64,000 nt of DNA from Trichodelitschia bisporula (lineage: Eukaryota): the NCBI GenBank assembly GCA_010356995.1, contig ML996687.1, forward strand, positions 621,803-685,802, given 5' to 3'. The position numbers and the translations under genes were made by a program. The first letter of the stretch is position 1. Each line of letters starts with the position of its first letter. The notes beneath the pieces were generated by a model. That model searched no databases, was not told the DNA's origin, and was given only the letters and a program-made list of their open reading frames with translations. This document shows, one piece after another, positions 56,201-64,000 of the stretch.

Positions 56201-58149
56201 AATTGGCGGTAATCAGATAGCGGGAGTGTATTAGGAGATATCAGGAGCTTTTGGAATGATGCATAATTCTTGGAAGAGTTTGAAGTCATATTTTAAGCTT
56301 CACGTTAGGGCATCCCTTGATCTCTTCGACTCGGGAAGCTTTCTTTGCCGGAACCGCACGGCAAGTATCTCGGGAAGCGTAATGCAGTTGGTGCTCATGG
56401 TCCACTAGCCCACTGCCAACAGCAACTTGAGAACAAGCTATTTGAAAACCACAGCGTGGGGCCGAGACGGCTCGGCTTACTATTCGACATCGTCAAGACT
56501 TGGCTATATATTGACCTCCGCCAGAGTTGGAATTCCAGGGCGTTGTCCTCACCAACCTCCCGTGTATGCTTAACCCAAAAGTCTGCATCCCGAGCCGAAC
56601 CACGCCGTCGAGCGTCAAAAGCGTCAAGACACCTTCCCCCCAAACCGAAGCACCGGAAGCGGTCGGCTGGAAATTGTGCCAAACGGCATGTTGAGAGCAA
56701 TGTGTGATCACCTAAAGAGAACCAGCCGTGTTTTGACCCGTCAGAAAGCTGAAGAGGCTATCAAGGATGTTGTTGATGAGCTCATATCATGGCAGACGGC
56801 CCTGCTGGCGCATATGTTCCAAATCCGGGCGGCTCGGCTGATGTATATTGCTGTTGGGAGGCCGAACACTACAGGTGGTACCGACCCTCACACTTCCAAC
56901 CGCCTCTTCTTCCACGAGGTATGTATAGTGGCATCTTTGCAGATGTGGCCCCAAAGCTCAGTATCGCCGACTTCTCCTCACTCGTGAACATATCAGGGTA
57001 GCCTTTTATTCACTTCTTCACTTCTACCGCAGCTTCCAATCTAAGTCCGATGGGACGTGGCCGAGCATCTGAACATACTTCCATCGTCACGAGGGAACGA
57101 GGTAGCGGTCCTCTGAACGGGATTCGGGGCCCTTTTGATGAAGGTAGCCTTGAGCACCATGACATGAGGGACGACGAGAAGAGGATGCAGCGCGGACACA
57201 ATGTGAGCCCAATCCTGAGCTTACTTGCGACCACTCTGCAGCGGTTCGAGGAACGGTCCAATACGTCTGTCCGGCGGTGATGAAGGTAAACGTAGCATCC
57301 TTTGCTCAATGTGTGTTCGGAAGCCATTTTTGGGAGATATCGTATTCAACTAGAGGGTATGGGTAAGATGTTCAAGCCATCCAGAAAGGAACGGAAGCTT
57401 AATAGCTACGAGTACGCGCTGGAAGACATTAGCCGGCGAAGGGATCGATGCCAACAAAGGAAGCCCGCAATGGCTGGATCCCGGCAATGTTTCGGGATGA
57501 TCCGATGCCAGTGTGGAGACTGGGAGCAGAGTATCATGTCGTCACATTACTGCTGGCTTACGAAACCACCGCGCCGTTTCTTTATTTCCGGCCAAATGCT
57601 GATCGAAGAGTAGAGCGAGCGGGCCAAGCAACCATTTAGTTCAGCAGCTGCAAACGGGAGGAATGTACAGATATCGGGCCAAGGAGGTGGTGACGGCAAT
57701 TTATATGGCAAAACAGCAGTAGGGGACAGTTATTCGAGTCGGTTAGCGGGAATACCGTCGGGCTATGCTGGCACTTCTATGAACGAGCGGGGTGGTGAAG
57801 TCTGAATATATCAGCGGATGCTCGAACTCGAAGAAAACTGCTCACCCTGCTGGCCATAGTCCATCGTAGCGCTCATCATTTTCACAAATCGCATACATCC
57901 ATTTCGAGTAGACTAGAATAGATTTGAGTCCATATCTCGCGGCACGAAAACGGAGGGAATCTAGCATCGCACTGAAGCCAGACCGCGGAGAACTCCCAGA
58001 CGACACACAGTGTAGCATTCCCATTACTCCGTTAACGTGAAACAAACCTCCCCACCACACCAGTGTTGTCATGAAAGCAATTGTGTACACGCCGCCCGGA
58101 TTTTGGTGTCGACATGGTCGTGAAAGGCAGTCGGCAGATGAGTCACGAC

Positions 58150-58548
58150 CTAGCAACCTCCACCGACTTGTTCCTGGTGGACCTCCAGTGTGTCTCCGTC
58201 CTGCATCTCGAGCTGGGCACATAGTGTTAGCGAATGCAGTGGAAAACGTAGCACCAAATAGCCGGAAAGCATCTAAAGCAAAAGGCGGCAACGCGAGCGG
58301 CTTCATCTGTCTCTATAACCTACCGATTCGGGGCTGTCGGTCGGGTTAACGCGCTGGCCGTCGAACAGGAAGCGGACACTCTGCGGAGACTTGCCCTGGC
58401 GATCGCAGAAGGCGTCCATGAGCTTCTTTAAGGCAGTCGTGCGCTTGATCTTGAAGAAGACCTCGTTATTGCTGTCCGTCACTTTGATATTGAGATGCTC
58501 CGGCTGGCTCTCATCCTTTTGCTGGTTGGGAGACCCGTGGTCCGACAT
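58150..58548 (-). CDS. SMT3: SUMO (95-aa precursor ending EQVGG-GC)
   Basis: HLNIKVTD..NEVFFKIKRTT.LKKLMDAFC and VRFLFDG. Intron 58213-58323; exon 2 encodes LEMQDGDTLEVHQEQVGGGC*. Confidence 0.97.
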
Positions 58549-59129
58549 GGTGGAAATGTGCAAGTAGCCTTGATGGGAAGGAGTCTGGTAACTTGTGAGA
58601 TGCTGATGCTATGCGACGTGAAGAAAAGAAAGTCACGAACCGCAGAGGTTGTTGGGTGATGCGGGGTTGTATTGGCGCGGGGGCAACGTTAAGGGCCAAC
58701 TTGCGCGGCCAAGGGCTTTAGTGGGCTTTTGTAGGGTCACAGAGTAGAGAAGCTTCCAGGTGCAAAACACAAGACACGAAGGAGGTCCGACGGGTTGAGA
58801 TGAAAGGTCAAGGGAGGCCGACAGAACGGAGAGTTGCCAACTTAGAGACAGAGTGAAGGCGGACGCGCAAGGACAATCTGCGGGGCCATTCCTTTGTTTC
58901 TGCCCACCGTCGCCGCCTGCTCCTGATGCCTGATAGACAAGGCAGCAATGACGGCCAACTTTGACATCCAATGTGAAAAAGGTATCGGATCTGTCACAAG
59001 CTTCCAAAAACTGGGATGCAACTCGTCGCGACTTTGCATTCAACTATTGAGACTGACTACACGCGTCCACACTCCACCTTTTATCCCTTCTTTGACTCTT
59101 GAGCGCGTTCCTTGCGCCGTCGTTTGACA

Positions 59130-59577
59130 ATGGTATGATCTATCGCGACTTAGATCCGGATTGCGCGTTCTCTGGTATACCTCTGACCTTATCTAGGGTA
59201 CCGAGGAAGACCTCAAGACCAATCCACCGTGTCATCCAAGAGCCTGTGCGATTCAAGGTCAGAGCCTTGAGGTACATAGCACCGTACACATGTACTCAGC
59301 AGTCCCAGATTGCCTCAAGAAGATGAACTACCAAGAAGAAAAGTGCAGAGCCGAGGTATGGGAATGAGATATCAATGAAGGTCCGCATCTCAAAGTGTGT
59401 AGGTTGACGCGCTGTACGAGTGCTGCAACGCCTTTTACGAGCGTAGTGGCGACGGCGCAAGGACAGTGAGCTGCCCAAAGGCATCGCTCTTACGGTATGT
59501 AGACGCACCTCAGGCTTCAGCGTTTTGCTAACAAGCAGCGCAGACTGAAGATGAAGCAACGAGCCCAGGGCATGTAG
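59130..59577 (+). CDS. CMC4: Cx9C-motif mitochondrial intermembrane-space protein Cmc4 (78 aa, 5 exons; absent from ORF track)
   Basis: Exons 59130-59132 (ATG only), 59197-59257, 59309-59355, 59403-59494 and 59544-59577 give PPCHPRACAIQDCLKKMNYQEEKCRAEVDALYECCNAFY...SCPK. Confidence 0.9.
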
Positions 59578-60360
59578 ATCAAAATCACTGGGCAAGTGTC
59601 AGTATGTCACACCTCAATCCTGCCATATCCATTTTCATGCTTCGTGAGAAGTCAAACAGAAGGTCAACAAGGTGTATTCTTCTAAGATGATCGTGAGCGC
59701 GATTACAGACACGGAGTATTCTCTGAAACGAGACTCTAATGATCACCTATGCGTTATGGAAGAAGAAGAGGAAGCAGCGCGAGAAAATCTGTATAAAAAG
59801 AATCTGCGCGCACGGGCCAACGCTAAGAGATCACATGATTATGGCAAGCGATTCCGCATCAGCCCGGCACGTACGGTAGGCACGCCTGGCTCCAGGTTGC
59901 AGAGCCTCATGTCGACTCAACTCTGCACCACCAGTCACAGCCACGAGGTCTGCTTGTATCTGGAACACCATAGGATTGATAGGCACTGCTGCTCCTGTTT
60001 CCCAATCTTCCACAAAGCATGCAGCAGACACCTGAAAGCCCGACACTGAAGCTTATTTGAAATGGGCCCACTGCTGCTTCGAAGACATCCCGTGTTCCTC
60101 TGTAGTATCTGTAGATAGATGCAGAGATCCACTCGTTTCCCAAACGCTGACCTGCACTCTCGCTGAGATGTTACAAGTGCACGTATCGTTGAGACGCAAT
60201 TTTCTGCCTCAGCCTTCAGGCAGTATGGCCAAGCCAAACTCCCTTGTCGGGCACGGTCCCCCAAAGTCTCCGAGCAACGCCAACCAGATCCGCGTCGCGC
60301 TTCATCAACATTCTCAGTTCTCCAAATACGCAAAGGGTCATCCGTGCGAGCACCGACAAC

Positions 60361-63300
60361 ATGGCTGCTCGCAGCCAACCTTTTTCTCTCAGGCGCTCTG
60401 CGAATCCGCGATTTGCTGTAAGAAAGCCGACACCATTGTCTATGTAGCAGCGCTAACCTGCATAGCTTTCAAACGTTCGCGAAGAGAGCTGGGAGAGTGT
60501 TAATGTAGGCTCTTCTCTGCGCACATTTTCCCGTCTAACTGATATCCAGGCGCAAAGCGCCAGCATGGGGCCAGAATCGCCTCTATTCCCTCGCTCTACC
60601 ACCGGCGACGATCCTGTCCGCTCGATCCAGAATGTCGCAGACCGTGTTGTACTTGAGATGGAGGCCTTTTGTGTACTGGTCGACCAGTGGCGGGAACGCC
60701 TGAAGACGCTTCCGAAAGAAGACTCCCAAGACGCGCGCTACGATGCTACGATTCAGCTTCTCGAGGAGCTCCACCAGATTGCTACCGTCAAGGCGTCCGA
60801 CTTGAAGGGCGAGCACCATGCTCGCAGCGGCGCATTCTCGAAGTCGTGGCTGGATCGGATACAACGTGTTGAAGATCGGGCGCTACGTGGATCCAGCGTA
60901 GCTACCAGTACCTGGGGAGATGGTACGGAGGTTGCGTCCTTGGATCCAGATAGCGACTTGGACAAATGGCAGGCGGAGGCAAACACATGGGAGCTTCTGC
61001 GCGCCATTGTCGACCTAGAGTTTCAGAAGCCCGATGAAGAGACCAAGGAGCAATATAGACGTGCCCGGCCTATAAACCAGTTCACTCCGGATGCCGAGCT
61101 CTGGACAACCTTCAATATCTGCGACGACTCTGCTCGTGAGAAGAAGGTCATTCTGGAGTGGCTGGAAAGATGCGCGAGGAACGGACAGACAGATTTCGAA
61201 TCCATCGTGGAGCGGCTGGAGGAGCGTGCTGGTGGCAGCGGAACCTGGTCGCACGGCTGGCTCCATACGCGCGAGAAGATCAAGCACAGCAAGCGGAATC
61301 AGTCCTTCGGCGCCTCTTTTTCCTTCAATACTATCGTGGCGCGGAACGATGCCGCGCAGAATCTCATTACGGAGCTGGACCCGGATGCTCCATCGCGCCA
61401 GGGCAAAAATCTCGACAAGCAAGACGAGCACTATGAGCGGTCCATGTGGCTCGCGCTCTACGAGGCACTACGTCGCGGCATGCCGTGGACAGAGATCCGC
61501 CAGTGGTGCACCGAGCGCAACGAAGGCTGGCGAGCAGCTAGTTTAGGCGTCGCGCAGGAACTGGACCGTGATAGCACGCGGCTCAATCTCTCTGGATCTT
61601 CGACTGGCGCACTTTGGCGGCGCATGTGCTATGCAGCTTCGCAAACCCAGTCCGCCGACAAATACGAGCGCGCCGTGTACGGGCTCCTCGCCGGAGACGT
61701 CAAGTCTGTCGAAGCCGTCGGCCACTCCTTTGATGATGCCTTGTACGCGCACTTCAACGCACTTCTGCTTCAGTCATTCGAGACCTGGTTGGAGGAGGAA
61801 TATCCAGACCGGTTTGAAGCCACAATGCTTCAGCAGTTCCCGCGCCCGATTCTCGTGTCGGATAGAGACGACGGCAAGTCTGACAGCATACGCGTTGTCA
61901 ACATACTTGTCAAGGATCCCAAAACGGCACAGGAGGCTCGGAAACCTCTGAAGGTGGTCCAGTCAAGCTTCCTAACTCACGACTTCGAGCTGCTTGCTGC
62001 ACAGGTTGGCCTGGCTCTTGCCATAAAGGCGCAACGTGAAGGCAAGGGCGCTCTCATTCCTGTTCCCCAGAACCCGGAGTTGCTTGATGACTTCTTTGTG
62101 CCCGTATCCGAAGACTGGGACGCCGTACGTGTGGTCGTACATGCATACATTGTGTACAAGGAGCTTGGCCTGCCGATCAAGCCCAGTCGGCAAGTCTACA
62201 TCGAGAACACGATCGCAGGATACATCGACTTCCTGCGTTCCATTGAGAAGTTTGAATTGATCCCGACGTACGCCACCTTCCTCCCGACCGAGCGGCAAGA
62301 GGAGGTCCTCGGTATTGTGCTTGTTGAGATGAAGGATGAAGCGAAGCAGTTGCAAATGGCTGAGCTTATCGGAGCCGCTGGAATAGAGATCGACTTGATT
62401 TTGTCGAATCAATACATCCACGCTGCGAGGATGCTGGGCATCAATCTAGAGGATGTCGAGTGCATCAAGCGCTTCCCCATCGTCGAGAATTCGGTTGGGC
62501 GGTGGGCGGGTGCCCGCATCTCAAGTACCTTTACGCTGCCTTCCAAGCTGCCTGAAGATGAGGAGCGCTTGGCTCGCAGTTTGGAGTGGTTCTTCAAAAT
62601 TCCCTCTTACTGGGATGCTACGTTCCTTGCCATGACATTCTCTTTGCGCCAACTTCTCTGTAAGTATCACCGTTTGCAAACTTTCTAGGCTAATTTTCCC
62701 AGGCACTGGCCGCTTCGCCGCTGCCCTCGCCGTCACCAAGCGCATCCCCTTCAAACAGCTCTCCAAGGCGAAGTCCGCACCATACCTCGGCCGCGAAATG
62801 GATATCTTCGAAGAAACTGCACCTGCCGAGGACACCCTCCGTCGGTCCACCCGCCATGGTTCGCGACCCACGACACCCTCGGGCGAACCCCCGTCGAAGC
62901 GCGAACGCTTCCTCCTCCGCATGCTCAAGGCGCAGAGCCGCACGTGTCTCGAGCTGCAGCAACTGTGCCTCGCCATCGAGGCGCTGGCCAAGTGGCGCGA
63001 GTTCGAAGACCAGATTGCGCAGCTGAAGGAGGAGGATCTGACGACTAAAGACTTCCGGCGTCGCGTGCAGGAGGAGCTGGAAACCCTGTCTACGGCCATG
63101 GAGCCTCTTCTGCACGACCTCCTGACGCACATCGAAGATGGTTTGTTTTCCATGCCGATGTTTTGGCCCCTCCTAACAACCGCAGAATCCGAAGTCGAGC
63201 TCTACGCCTCTATCCGCCAGGCGTACCTGCCCGACGCTATCCTCGCGTATAATGGCGCCATCACCTTCGCCGCCGACTTCACTGGCCCGGAGACGATGCT

Positions 63301-63586
63301 TAAGTCGCTCGCGCTTACGAACCTGCTCGCGGCGGAGGAAAATGCGCAGCTGACGAATGCGTTCTTGAGCGCGGGTCGGATGACGGATCTCGTGTCCTCG
63401 CTCGCGCTGAGCAGCCAACAGTTGCTCCGTGTCAACCAGCGCATGGCGATGGCGGAGGATATGCTGGAGAAAGAGCGTGTGGCGCAGGGCAAGACGCCGC
63501 GTATACGGCGAAAGAAAAGTGGATTGAAGAAGCGGGGGTGGATGGGGGAGTCGCTGGATATCTGGGATCCGAATAAGGCGAGCTAG
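60361..63586 (+). CDS. NUP84: Nucleoporin Nup84/Nup107
   Basis: Motifs WQAEANTWELL, ILEWLE, GWLHTREKIK, ELDPDAPSRQ, WRAASL, LWRRMC and YERAVYGLLAG. Introns 60418-60465, 60505-60549, 62660-62702 and 63141-63185. Confidence 0.93.
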
Positions 63587-63741
63587 TGTGCCGTACCGGC
63601 TCGAGTGTACTATTAGGCTTGCGGATTGAGAGTTTGTCATGTGCGGAGTACTTAGGCGCAGCACATCAGGCACGGTGTCGGGACAAATGAAAAAGGCGCT
63701 GTCATTAGGCTGAACGCTGAGCAAGATGCGTGACTACTACC

Positions 63742-64000
63742 CTACCGACTCTCCAACTCTACACTCCCCTGCTCCCGTGCATCGATAAGTTGGAAGCCCT
63801 CAGGGCTCGGAAACGGACTCACGTCCCGCGGCGGCCGGCCCTCACCTAACCTCAACCGCCCGTACCCAACCCTCCCCAGCTTCCGCTCCACCCACCCAGC
63901 GATCCGCTTAATGCCCTCCCAGATCCGTCTCTCCCGCTCCTCTTCCTCCGCCACCACCGCCCCGTCGCGCACCCCCTCCATCGCTTCCACCTTAAACTGG
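63742..64000 (-). CDS. Probable 3' end of an unidentified gene running off the window
   Basis: Frame is open to the window edge, with the G-rich coding-strand composition seen at other 3' gene ends here. No recognisable motif. Confidence 0.45.
   Translation of the reverse strand, partial: QFKVEAMEGVRDGAVVAEEEERERRIWEGIKRIAGWVERKLGRVGYGRLRLGEGRPPRDVSPFPSPEGFQLIDAREQGSVELESR

Noticed and set aside
56345..57800. Cluster of 60-120 aa plus-strand ORFs, possibly a degenerate gene or transposon relic
   Set aside because: No transposase or RT motifs, no terminal repeats, and no reliable exon chain. Left unannotated.

Overview
Gene-dense, intron-containing DNA from a filamentous ascomycete (Pezizomycotina-type genes; short GT-AG introns with CTRAC branch points). 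About 26 protein-coding genes can be modelled by hand. Most are housekeeping: succinyl-CoA ligase beta 3' end, RKM4, THI80, a COG0523 GTPase, THR4, an ABC1 kinase, the divergent bioF/bioDA biotin pair, NMD3, a short ATP25, ESF2, pacC, a BAG protein, a DOCK GEF, SUMO, CMC4 and NUP84. The most interesting items are: (1) a head-to-head pair of a processive GT2 cellulose-synthase-like gene and an N-terminally anchored GH12 glucanase, resembling a glucan synthase/hydrolase module; (2) a 1076-aa putative polyprotein of three homologous unknown domains separated by Kex2-type SRR|SVQV sites; (3) three co-oriented small secreted-protein genes upstream of pacC that the ORF track misses or misreads; (4) a perfect palindrome of four PacC sites in the pacC promoter; and (5) a basic S/T-P-rich protein carrying a NuSAP-like motif. 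I found no rRNA, tRNA, CRISPR array or recognisable transposon. All exon models and family assignments come from manual reading and motif recall, with no database search.
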